Source: Oikopleura dioica
Lineage: Eukaryota; Animalia; Chordata
Length of the DNA: 64,000 bases
NCBI GenBank assembly: GCA_907165135.1
Contig: OU015567.1
Coordinates: 1,860,001-1,924,000 of the forward strand
Direction of reading: 5' to 3'
The position numbers were made by a program, and so were the translations under genes. The notes beneath the pieces are model-generated. The model did no database searches and was not told the origin of the DNA. It saw nothing but the letters and a program-made list of their open reading frames with translations. Shown here piece after piece: positions 11,516-22,800 of this stretch; position 1 is the stretch's first letter; each line of letters opens with the position of its first letter.

Positions 11516-11957
11516 TTTTTAGCACTTTTACACGGCTCTAGAATGACGTCATTCATATTTTTTCATTAATTTTTTTATCTGATGTTGATCAGCAACCTTC
11601 AAAGAGTATTCTTGCCGAAAATGAGCCCTGTAGGATGTCCCTTTCAAAAGCTCATTTTTTGTAAGTTTACCCTATTTATAAGTCATCACGGCACTTTCTG
11701 CTCAGTTTGGTTCGAGGGAGCTCATTTTATCCTCGTTGCATTGACCAGTCAGTCTCGATCAATGTCAGGCAACACTGATATTGAGGTCTACAAGATGCTT
11801 GACTCAGGCGAGCTCCACTTCCTTCAACTTTTCCAATTACGAGAGCCAGTATTATTTTCATCAAGATACAAAATTTGTGGCACCGGCCTATATAAAAGCC
11901 TATTCGATATAGTGATGGGGCTCTTAAACTTGACTCTTTGCGAAATGGGGCACATTT

Positions 11958-14900
11958 TGTACGTGTTTCTCACAGTACATAAGTTGGATAACTAACTGCG
12001 TTTACTGTATTCGCGAGCTGGATACAAGTGAGCGACGAAGTTTGTATAAAAAGAGCAAGTTTATTGTTGAGTCTCTGAGCGTAAAATAGTAGAGTATATG
12101 TGTGTTGTGTCTCAGTGAGAAATAAGATCGTTTATATATGGTTTTCGTAAACCGTGGTGAGCTGTTAGATCGTGGTGAGTGACTATTTCGTGAGTTGTGA
12201 GTTGATCCTAGTCCATGGTGAACTGTGCTTTCGCGGTTCGCGGCGGAGCGTTTGCGCGTGGTGAAATGCGCTTCGCGAGTCGTGAATAGCGCTTCGCGGG
12301 TCGTGAACTGCGCGCAGCGCGGCGCGGTGAACTCAAGTGGCGGATGACTAATGAGAAACACTACATAATTCCTCCTCCATTTATTTTTAGATCGTTTGTC
12401 TTTCTGGTAGAGGAATGTCCTGTGTTTGTGAGTCCAAGATATCATCAAGGATGTTTGTCCATAATCAGTGATTGTTGTAAAGGATCGTTTTCCATTTGGT
12501 TGTCAGCATCAATGGCGGCTGTCGAGCAAGATCAACCGGAACGTAGTTGATTATTGAGTTTTCGCTTTCGATGAACTGTATTTCTGAACGATCCGAGGTG
12601 TTTGTTGATGAATCTTTTAACCCAAGGTGTTTCAGGTGTTCGTGTATTATGAAGGTGACCTAAGATTTCAGAAATCGTCGATCGGCATTTCGATATTTTC
12701 AAGTCTTTTCAGAAGCTCTTTTTGGAAGTGGAGGCTAAAGGGTGTCCATTTTTCGATCGACCAATAAGGAGCTAGAGCGCCGTTACTTCTTTAATTTCTA
12801 GAATTTGGAGGCCAGCATACTCTTCCCTCTTCTTTTTGAGCATTTGGATCTTCTGAGCGAGCATCTTGTATGAGCTGATTGTTTGAGCAGATGATTTCAT
12901 TAGTGAGCATATTTGAGCAAAATCGTCTTTGAGCAATATTTCATGGGCGAGCAGGATCGTAGTCGGAGTCTCGATAAGAGTGAGCTGTATTGTATTATAT
13001 AACGATTTCATGAGCTTCAAAATCGTTGGTGAGCAGCTTGATAAGAGTGATTTTCGCTGATTGAGAGGACAATTCCGTGAGGCTCAAAATTGTCTATGAG
13101 CAACTTGATAAGAATCAGCTGAACTGATTGAGAGGACGGTTCCATGAGCGTCAAAATCGTCTATGAGCTTCATTGCAGGTTAATTGTTAGAGAAGACATG
13201 AACGTCGAAATCGTCTTTGATAATGAATTGAGCAGACGGTCCCATGAGCGAGCAGAAACGTCTTTGAACAACTTGATCTCGATCGTTTGAGCAGATGAAT
13301 CTTCGAGCGAGCAGAATCATCCTTGAGTAACTTGATTATGAATTATCTGAATGTGACAAAGCAACTGCACGCATTGCTTCACATCTTTAGAGGAGTGGAC
13401 CAAGGTTCAGATAAGCGGTGTTCATCGTGTGCGCAATTGATAAACACATTAGCTGGGTCATGAGAACACAAGTCCAAAGAGGCCTGTATGAAACTTCTGC
13501 ACAGCAAATGAGCGGAACTGGATTCCCTTTGATCATCAGCGGGGATTACTTCGAGCTCTGAAGTGAGCCATTCCAGTGTGCATAAACATTGCCGAAGTTT
13601 TTGATCCAATAAACGAGCTTCAGGTATACCTTAAGAACAGGACTTCGAAAAACAGATGTCGAGCGAACTTCGTAACCAAGTGTGAATAGGAGCAGGAGCA
13701 AGAGCTTAATGGTTTGATTTACATCGTCGTGAGCGAAGGCGATGTTTCAATTTCGGAGCTTGAACTTGAAGTCCATCATCTCTATCAACAGGCTCATGTT
13801 GATCTTTATGAGGGCTTCTGATACTTTGATCTTCTTTTCGTATCATTATGAGCAGGAGCTGGAGCAAGATCTTGATCGAGCTGATCTTCTTCCGCTTTAG
13901 GATCCTCATTTTTATTGAGAACAAATTTTGTTTGATTTTCAGCCATTACAGTTGGAGCGGTCGGATCAGGCTGGTATGTCGCAGGTGTAAGCGGGCATTT
14001 GACAAGGTAACTTTCCAGAGAAATGATCTGCTTTCCCGCAGAGAACAGATGTGTAGATCTCGAGCGCAGGGCAATTTTCTTGTGTCTTTTAGGAGCTTCT
14101 GGTATTGTTGATCTTCGAAGTTGAGCAGAGCAGAATGAAGTGTTATCATGTATTGATTTATTTTTTTGATGAACGATTCCAAGATGTGGACGGCAGCTTT
14201 TTTGAGCGGAAACGGAACATGAAATTGTCGTCCAAATACACATTGATTGCTTGGTAGTCCATAATGGCTTCCATGAGCGATTCGTTACGAGTTGAGCTTT
14301 GAGCTTTTGATAAAATTGATGGTAGATATTTATCGCATTTTCCATTTCATCTCGAGTAGTTAACAGTTGTTCTGATGTGTCGAATTCGGAAAATTGTCGG
14401 TCTTCGATGAACGATGGTCGAAGAATATTGAGCGGTTAACGTCGAATACGAGTTCGAGATAAACTTGAAATTGAGCGAATTGTTTAATCTTCGTTTTTGA
14501 TCAATTGCTTTATGTGACTTGGAACATAGTCTGAGTGGATAAATTTGCATTTCGAGCCGTATTTGCATGATCTCCGTTTCACGAAGCTGATACAGAATCC
14601 ATCGATCTTTGATGTGTCGATTCTGGTTTGTTTTCGATTTCTTTCATTTGGCTTCAAATGATCCTCAGTATGAACTTTCTGGACTTTGATCTTCTGGTTC
14701 CGGATTCGGTCCTTGGTGTTTTTGTTCTTCTTCAGATGTGATCGTTGTTTTTGTCGAACATAATCATCAATTTCGCACCAGTCCGGAGAATATGAGTCCA
14801 AGAGGGATTCTTCTAAGTTTTCACGTTCTTTTTGATCTTGCAATTTCATCAAGGCCATAAGCTCTGCAAGTGTCGTTGCTCTAGCAGAGGCGAGGATCTT

Positions 14901-15653
14901 GGTAACATCCAGACGGTGATTCTTATAAGCGAACTTTTGATCCATACCAATAGCGTCATCATTCGGTAAGTAATTGATGATTTCACCATTATCGTGGAAC
15001 ACAAACTTTCGATTTTTGGCGAAAACCCCCTCATCCAATTTATGGATGTTCAGAACAATTGATTGCTTCTCTATAATTGGATGCTGTGGCGGAAACGACT
15101 GATTCAAATTTTCAAAGATCGTGAGCAGTTCTTGTCGGTTCAGATCAGCGGCAAGTTTGAAATATCGAGTCATGTTTCTTAACAGCAGCTCTCTTCGATC
15201 GTTAATCTCTACATGGGCGAAGCGTTTTCTTCAGTCACCAAAATATGTACGTGTTTCTCACAGTACATAAGTTGGATAACTAACTGCGTTTACTGTATTC
15301 GCGAGCTGGATACAAGTGAGCGACGAAGTTTGTATAAAAAGAGCAAGTTTATTGTTGAGTCTCTGAGCGTAAAATTGTAGAGTATATGTGTGTTGTGTCT
15401 CAGTGAGAAATAAGATCGTTTATATATGGTTTTCGTAAACCGTGGTGAGCTGTTAGATCGTGGTGAGTGACTATTTCGTGAGTTGTGAGTTGATCCTAGT
15501 CCATGGTGAACTGTGCTTTCGCGGTTCGCGGCGGAGCGTTTGCGCGTGGTGAAATGCGCTTCGCGAGTCGTGAATAGCGCTTCGCGGGTCGTGAACTGCG
15601 CGCAGCGCGGCGCGGTGAACTCAAGTGGCGGATGACTAATGAGAAACACTACA
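11958..15653 (-). mobile_element. Non-autonomous LTR retrotransposon (3.7 kb)
   Basis: 408-bp LTRs at 11958-12365 and 15246-15653 (TG...CA, one substitution noticed). 4-bp TSD ATTT. PBS TGGTGAC next to the 5' LTR. PPT AAATGGAGGAGGAA next to the 3' LTR. No RT or integrase motifs seen. Confidence 0.93.
14484..15173 (-). CDS. Gag-position ORF with a CCCH zinc finger
   Basis: First ORF after the PBS (229 aa). CISFVKRRSCKYGSKCKFIH fits C-x8-C-x5-C-x3-H and follows a basic region. Confidence 0.7.
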   Translation of the reverse strand: MTRYFKLAADLNRQELLTIFENLNQSFPPQHPIIEKQSIVLNIHKLDEGVFAKNRKFVFHDNGEIINYLPNDDAIGMDQKFAYKNHRLDVTKILASARATTLAELMALMKLQDQKERENLEESLLDSYSPDWCEIDDYVRQKQRSHLKKNKNTKDRIRNQKIKVQKVHTEDHLKPNERNRKQTRIDTSKIDGFCISFVKRRSCKYGSKCKFIHSDYVPSHIKQLIKNED

Positions 15654-17181
15654 ATTTGCCTCGTTGCGCCTGTTTAGTTTAAAATCCCCGATAAAGAAAC
15701 AAAACAGTACGTAAAAGAAGAAAGAATTTTCTTTTGTCCAAATACACACTTTGCTTCTGATTGCTACTTTATTGATGCTAGTAATGAAAACAAGGATTTT
15801 GGTTAAAATCTTTTCTTCATTTTAAGATCATCTGAATCAAAAGTATTCAACCAAAATTTCAAGTTATATTTACGCAGTCTCGGGTCATCAAGGCTAGGAG
15901 CAGTGATAACTCACGATGGTAATGGAATATCGACGATGAAATTGAATGGATATTTTGTAAGCTCGGTTGTACGAAAACAAGGATTAAAATATATTTTTAA
16001 GACGATCGTAAGCTACAATTCTCTGTTAAGTACAATCGAAATTGATAAATTTTTGGGAATGAAAAAAACTGTTCCGGAATGGAGCTACGAATCTGTCTAT
16101 CGATCATCAACTTACCGTTCAAAGAAAGACAGATATGGGAATGTCATCGAAGGATCGTTCTTTCTAGCCGCTTTGCCAGACAACGAGGGAGTCCTCTTAC
16201 TCACGTCAAACTTTGATATTCTTTCATCGGTGGATAGAATAACCATAAATCGTATTTATAAGAACAACTGGTTTTACGTCGTTGTTTTTAAAATTCCGAA
16301 GATAAGAAATCGACTTGTCGATATAAGGAAATGGCTCGAATCGACTTAGTTTAGACAACAAAACTATGGACCATAGTTCCGACCATTTGACAGCTTTCTT
16401 GATACGGCTTTCATCCTTCAGGGAAAAATCTTCGTCGATCGAAAAATCGAGACTTGCTTTGGAAAATTTTATGGACAAAGATGCGAAAGAGTCTTGGTGA
16501 CTGGGTCAGAAATATTTCTTCTTGATTACGAAAGAAAAACTCATATGAAGCAAGAATTCCAGATCGATCTCCCTGAAAACTACGCCTATGAGATGACCGT
16601 GTGAATAAATGAGCTTCCAGTTCAATTTTTTATTCATTTAATGGCATATGAATATGTCTAAAATTGAGTAGTCTAAGAACATTTTCCGTAGAAACATTCA
16701 CTAGTCAGTTGTTCGCGCTGTTCGTTGCAAAGAGATGCATCCAGTCCCTTTTAAATAAGCTTGAACGAATGAATGGCCAGTATTTTACCTTGCAATGGAA
16801 AATACTTTCAAGACACAATTTAGCATCTTCTTTGGCTTCACAAAAATTGTACGCGTAAATGCATTCGGAATTCCCCGAGAAACAGGAGACTTTGAATTCA
16901 CTGTCGATGATCGTTTTGTCGAATCCAACCCATGATTTCCAACCTGCTTCGAGGATTACTTCTCTGGCCTATTGTGAAAGAAAAGAATCTGCAATCCATT
17001 GCCTTTGGCGTCACTTGGACAGCCTCGAGTTTTGTCTGAAAAAATTCCCAAATGGCCTACTGTCGCCCTAAAAAAGAAGAATTTCGCGCGTCTGATTTCC
17101 AACAGATGCAACAAGCCTACCAACCTTGGTCTGTCGCTGATGTAGTACTGTCCAGACTCGTTGTAAATGACATTGCCATGT

Positions 17182-18438
17182 TTACTCGATGGCCAAATTT
17201 GGCGATATTCGCCAGGGAGAGAAGACAGATGTGAGGAGCGAATGTAAATTCCATATTTCGAGTTTTGTTGGTGTGTGGATCCTTTCACTGTAAGGACCTG
17301 AATTAATTATCGATGAGGAAAGACATGATTGTACAAGCAAGACCTCGCAGCAGTCGCAGGATGTGTGGATGGGGATAGATTCTTGTGCTTTCGCATCAAA
17401 GATGGATGACAATTTGTTCGGGCAGTTTATTGAGTTTTCTGAAGAAAAATGTCATTAACTTATTCTTAAAGACGAAAAACTGTACTTGCAATGAGAAATC
17501 CTCTATTCTTCCCGATCGATTTGACCGATCCAATCATCCAGTTTCCCTCCTTGCTTGCCCAAAGAGCAAAGGCGCGATTCTTCCAAATAGGCCTATTATT
17601 GACTGTTTTCCTCAGCCTCGAATACGTCCCTGATACTCTTGAAAATCTATCAAGGCGGATAGAGAATGAGTCACAGCACGATTCTTGAGCATCTCTCGAT
17701 GAATGTTCTTGTCTGGAGCGAGTAGCCTTGGAAAACTCCTCGCAGTATTTTGTGTTGATTGTTACGACATCTGATGTCACCGCTGCCATTCCTCTTAAAG
17801 ATTTACCATTTCTCTAAACAAAAAGGAAAATCGATCTTGCCTAAGTTGAACAGTATTCTCCTCCCCATCAGTTTTCGTTGATTTCCGGAGGGCGATAAAT
17901 TTTTCCGTTGATTTAAGAATGAATCGCTTCACGTAGACCGGGTCTTGATTCAGGAAGAAAAAGCATTCATATTCGCCGTCGGAGTCATCCTCGAAAATAT
18001 TCGCGTATGTCTTCTTTTCGTCGTAAAATGAGCTCATATCGCAGTATTGAGCTTCTTTCGGACATCGCCATTGAATCTTTTACGCAGATTTCAAAAAGTT
18101 TTCGATATTCACCACCAAAAATTAAAAAAAAAGATCTGCTTCCTGAGTGAACATTGGTAGTTTCTCGAATTTCACAACCATTGCAATATTTTTGACCTTC
18201 TCCGTTCTCCAAACTACTTCCTCCTCAACGATCGGGTCGATGTTGAATTCACTCGAGTCCGAACTTGACGATGAAAAAGCCATATTAACATAGCTCTGGT
18301 AACTTGGATCATGAAAAACTGGAGAAAGGGTTTAAAAAAGGGATGATCCGAGTTCCTCTGAGTCGTAGAATGGCGAATTTGGTGCGGCTTTATTGTTGTA
18401 AAAAGAAGTTTCGCGAACATATTCGATTCCTGGCACAT
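17182..18438 (-). CDS. Multi-exon gene(s), unknown function, with a Cys/Trp module (CC...GTY...NNRPIWK...WMIG...G...CP)
   Basis: Consecutive minus-strand ORFs separated by short intron-like gaps. May be more than one gene. Confidence 0.4.
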
Positions 18439-19202
18439 CTCGGTACTAAGAAAAAACCATAAAGAACTCCTTCAAATAGAAATTTGGTTAAAAATATCTA
18501 CGATAACGTGATAAAATAACAAAAGCAAAGTCAACACCATGAAATGAAAGTTCATTCTGAAACTCCAGCAGTTACTAAAAGACAAAAATGATGACATAAA
18601 ATATCACTAAAAGATAAAAAGTCTCGTACTGTATTTCTCTTACATATTGAGCGTCGATAAATCTTCCGAGAAAGAAAAATAAACCAACTCTACTCTGAAC
18701 CATTCCTACCAAGAAATGATTGATCTCTTCCTAATGATTTTCGGTTTTCATCTCTTTCAAAAGTGAGAGAAGGTGTTTGTTCAACAATCTTAGAAAAGCC
18801 ATTCTGATATTTGCTCCACACAGTTTTAGAGTGGCTGTTATTCCGGAGTGATGTCTTTTCGGGGAAGTACAAATATGAAATTTAAAAGCTGAATTCGCCG
18901 AAATATCATCAAGTTTTTTATTAAACTTCAATAAAAAATAGACTTTATTTGTCAAAAACAGAAAAAATCGATATTTTCTCGATTCCTTGAATCGTAATTT
19001 TTCTCACTCGAATGTTCTTCAGTATTCCATTTGTTCGGATGGATCTGAGAATTACCATAAAAATGACTCTCCAGCGTTCGAAACGAATCTTTCCATTGAT
19101 TTTCCTCATCCTGCGCATAAATCACACCTGGGCTTGGTCCATAAAAGCGCGCCTAGAATCACCAATCCATCAGATAAATCGTAGGATATCATATTTTGCG
19201 AA

Positions 19203-19595
19203 ATGATGAGCTTTTTCGGCCTCTTTTTGGTCATTTCTTCCGCTTTGGGCAGCTCCTGCAACATGAAGTTTTGCAAGGCCTGTGAGCACCTTGAGCGAAA
19301 CAACATCATGAACAACTGGTGCCTCCAGCGATCTAGCTGCTGCGAAGTCTACAACGATCGATTCAGCGGATTAACTGGAGCAACTGACGAAGAAGACAAA
19401 CTCGATCCTGTTAAAATTACGACCACTGCGGATTTTTTCCAAGAACGAGATGATTTCTCTGCATTCGCGCTTGTTTGCATTACTGTATCTCTGCTTGCGT
19501 TTGTTATCATGATTTTCATGCTCGAAAGAATTGTCAAGGCTTCTCTTGGAAATTCATCGAACAGATGTGCTCCGCGAAGTTTTTCGCTTTATTAA
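19203..19595 (+). CDS. Small type I membrane protein with signal peptide and 6-Cys ectodomain
   Basis: 130-aa single ORF: signal peptide, CNMKFCKAC...WCLQRSSCC, TM segment FALVCITVSLLAFVIMIFML. AATAAA downstream. Confidence 0.7.
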   Translation: MMSFFGLFLVISSALGSSCNMKFCKACEHLERNNIMNNWCLQRSSCCEVYNDRFSGLTGATDEEDKLDPVKITTTADFFQERDDFSAFALVCITVSLLAFVIMIFMLERIVKASLGNSSNRCAPRSFSLY

Positions 19596-19810
19596 ATATA
19601 GAAAATGACAACAGCTCTGGGAACACTACTGAATTTTCTTCAATCGAATAAAATCATGTGCTACAGTAATTAAACGGGCTCAGAAAGAGAACAGGACCTC
19701 TGTTATTTACTTTTTGCTCCGCAATAACAGCCGAGGAAATAAAATTTTCTTCAGAATCTCAAAAGGATCTCGAATTGGCTTATTGAAAAAAAATGAAATA
19801 AAAAAAATAA

Positions 19811-22800
19811 TTAAATTTCGAAATCTCTGCCTAAATTAACTCTTTGAATCCAAGATTCGTAATCATCCGTGTAACCCGGAAAGATATAAATGAAGTCGCC
19901 GATCAAGATCGCTGTTGGTTCATCCACAGCCTTAAAATCGAAAAAAAAACTCTAAAATTCGACAAATTACTTTCGTAAGAATTCCAATTTTTGACCATTG
20001 ATTCTTTGACAGACAAAATATTTGATAAAGTTTCTCCCAACTTTTGTAGTCCAAACCTCCAACAGTAAGCATCGAGCCTGACGGCATGCTGACGACATAA
20101 GTATAAGAGATAATTCTAGAAACATTCAGAAATATAATTGTTATTTTAAATCAAACTTGGGATGAGGAGGGAGTGGTATCCAGCCCTCTTTCGTCAGTGT
20201 TTCAACTTCACCTTCGTTTTCCCAGCCTCCGACAACTGTAGGCTGATTGTTGTAGAGGCCAAGACCACCTGAGTCATGTCGCTTTTCTGTTCGCTGAAGT
20301 TTTTTCGCTTTTTCTCCATCAAATTCTTCACAGGATCTCTCTGATTTCCAGTCAAAGCAAACCATCGCTTTTAAGTTTAATAAAGTAACAACACCTGCTT
20401 AAAAAATACCTTTGCTTCCTCTGTCTATGTCTGGGCTCGGCAATTTGTGTAGAAGACTTGAGGCAAGGTGTGAAAGACTTAAGGACCCCCCCCCCGTCAG
20501 CTTTTTTCGAATAATCAAATTTCGGAATTTTAAAATTTTGAATCCGGACATTGATTCTATGGGTCAAAAAACGATTTTGAGGCTTCATTTTTTGGGGGTC
20601 TTTCTCGACTCCTTCACTCCCAAGATCGCATTTGAAAATTTTAATTTTGCTCGAAAAATGACGAATTTGCCCTAATTTAGGCAAAAATATTGATTTTTCT
20701 TGGTCAAATATTCATCCTATCAAGTTTTTGAAGCAAGTTTAACCTGAGTACTCATGACCTCTAACCCTAACCGAAAATCTGTTTTTTTTTCAATTTCCAT
20801 TTTTTGAAGGGAAGAGCTGACGGGGGTCCTTAAGCAAAAGCCGAGTAGCTGATTATACAAAAATAGAATTGTAACAGATTCAAAAGGTTATTAGGCAAAG
20901 TCATTAGCGGCTTTGTTATTTTTAAAAATCCGCTACGCGGCTTTTCAGTTTAGTCGCTTAGACCCTTACTTAGGTTTTTATGGATTGCCGAGCCCAGATC
21001 AAAACTCATCGCATCATGTCCATGACGATATTCAGCATTGAGTTCGACTTGCAGTGTAGTAAATCTGCATTTGTCTAGCCGTGCAATCTTTGAAAATATC
21101 TGCTTTTCAATTTTTTATCTTATATTTTATTACCCTATGACCGTCAACATGGCCTCCAAAAATGTGTAGCTGATCTTTGACGAGTGCAAATCTTGAGCGG
21201 TGAACATATGCACTCACCGCATAGTCAATGTCTTTTGGGGTTTTGAGGAACAGTTCTTTGTTGAGACTTCCGTCGCCAAGTAATGCGTATTCTTGAATCT
21301 TGTAACGACCCTCTTCGTCAGGAATTATGACGCTAAGTTGAGTTGGTTGGTCAGTAAAAAAGATAAAATCCTCGATCTTCGTGCGACGATCGAATTTGAA
21401 GATCCTGATTCTTTTGTCAATTTTATTTGAAAGGCCGGATATCTCAATCTTCGTCTTTTGGGGACGATTCATTTTGAAGAGCGTAAGATTCGAAGAACTC
21501 ATAGTCTTCAGTTGAAGTTGGAAAATTTCCACGGCCTCTTGAAAAGCGTCGATAAGAAAGCTTTCGAAATAATCGGAAGCCATCATAATCGTTCCATTTT
21601 GTTTAATGCTGACTTCGAGCAAAGTTTTTCCATCAAAAAACTGCATTTCAATTATTTTTAGCTGTTTAGTTATTGCCGTCTTGTTCATAGTTAGCTGAAA
21701 TTCGAAATTTTCAGTTCCATTTAAAGACAATTCCAGAGTTGAAATGTGATTGAATTTTTCAAGCGAGCCAAACGGGTGCTTCGGGACAATTATTTTCGGG
21801 TACGGTCTTGTCATGGACGTAGCGGACATAGGGAATTTCAATTGTTTAGCAGCATTCTTTGCAAAACCGGGAAAAACATCGTCGTGGAATGAGAAGAAGG
21901 GATTGCTTGTGACGTGCATTTTCTTAATCGACGTTTTCTGATAAAAATCGAGCTCAATTCGTTCGAAGTTAAATCTGATCTCAAAGGTCGCGTCGAATAC
22001 GTAGTTTTGGATGAAGATTTTTTCGTTGTTGACAAAGCCATTGACAAAATACTCGCATTCATCGTTGTTGTTCTCCATTGTGTCTGTATAGAATGTGTCG
22101 TCTTGAGAGAACAACTTCGAGAAGCAGACGGACATTTCTTCATACTTGACGAGTGAGCCGATCCACTCGCTGCCGAGAGTGAGAAACTGTCCTTCTGCTT
22201 CGAGTAGCAAAGCGTACTGGGTGTTTGAAAGCTTGATGTGCCTTGTAACGAGAATGAGCATTAATCTGTCAACTCGGCTCGGCAACCTATAAAGAAAACC
22301 TGAGTAAGGGTCTTGAAAAACTTAAATGAAAAGCCGCGTAGAAACTTTGCGGCTTTGTTCTACTTTAGCAGCGTTTCAACAATAGCCTGACTCAGATTTT
22401 CTTCACAGGTTGCCGAGCCCAGTCTGTCAACATCGATCTTATAAGGATTAAATGAAGAAAAGTCTTTGTCGAAAAATAGACTCGATGAGATAAACGAATG
22501 AAAATTTCAAGGAAAATCTTGCGTTTTTTTTTAAATTTTAATCCGTTCCAATGGAACCACATGAACAGGATCCAAATCGTTATATTCCGCCATCAAAGAT
22601 ATTTCATTTTTTCTCCATCCTTTTTCAAGTTCTTCGCTTCTTCTTATTCTACTCAGGGCAACTGTTGTAGACAGTTTGATCGAGCGCTCACCCATCCTGA
22701 CACTCATCAGATAGAAGACACCTTTGAAGCTGATAGAAGACATCTTTGCGTTGAAATGATTACTAGCAATAAAGCCTTGAGCCTCTTCAAAGCGTTCCAT

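Larger units (their letters stand above)
1283..11674 (-). mobile_element. 10.4-kb hAT-type DNA transposon carrying cargo
   Basis: TIR TAGGGTAAACTTACAAAAAA at 1283 and its reverse complement ending at 11674. Identical 8-bp TSD TTTATAAG at 1275-1282 and 11675-11682. About 190-bp inverted subterminal repeat (1434-1624 vs 11325-11515). Internal DDE transposase relic. Confidence 0.92.
424..16604 (+). pseudogene. Host gene (N-terminal TM + Cys-rich domain + kelch-like beta region) split by the 10.4-kb hAT element in an exon and by an LTR element in a probable intron
   Basis: ORF 414-1328 (TM segment, CPLEKRCREGCPCKGYKC) joins ORF 11582-11995 in frame after excision: YLRHFIS|HHGTFCSVWFEGAHFIL. Further exons at about 15679-15800 (FKIPDKETKQYVKEERIFFCPNTHFASDCYF) and on to TGA at 16602-16604 with AATAAA. 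Paralog of the 19811-24857 gene. The first exon is not visible. Confidence 0.75.

Noticed and set aside
12002-12448. 148-aa and 119-aa (15290-15649) duplicated ORFs
   Set aside because: They are translations of the two LTR copies.
12366-14480. Degraded pol in the first LTR element
   Set aside because: No protease, YxDD, RNase H or integrase motifs in the ORF track; a TBLASTN would be needed to exclude it fully.
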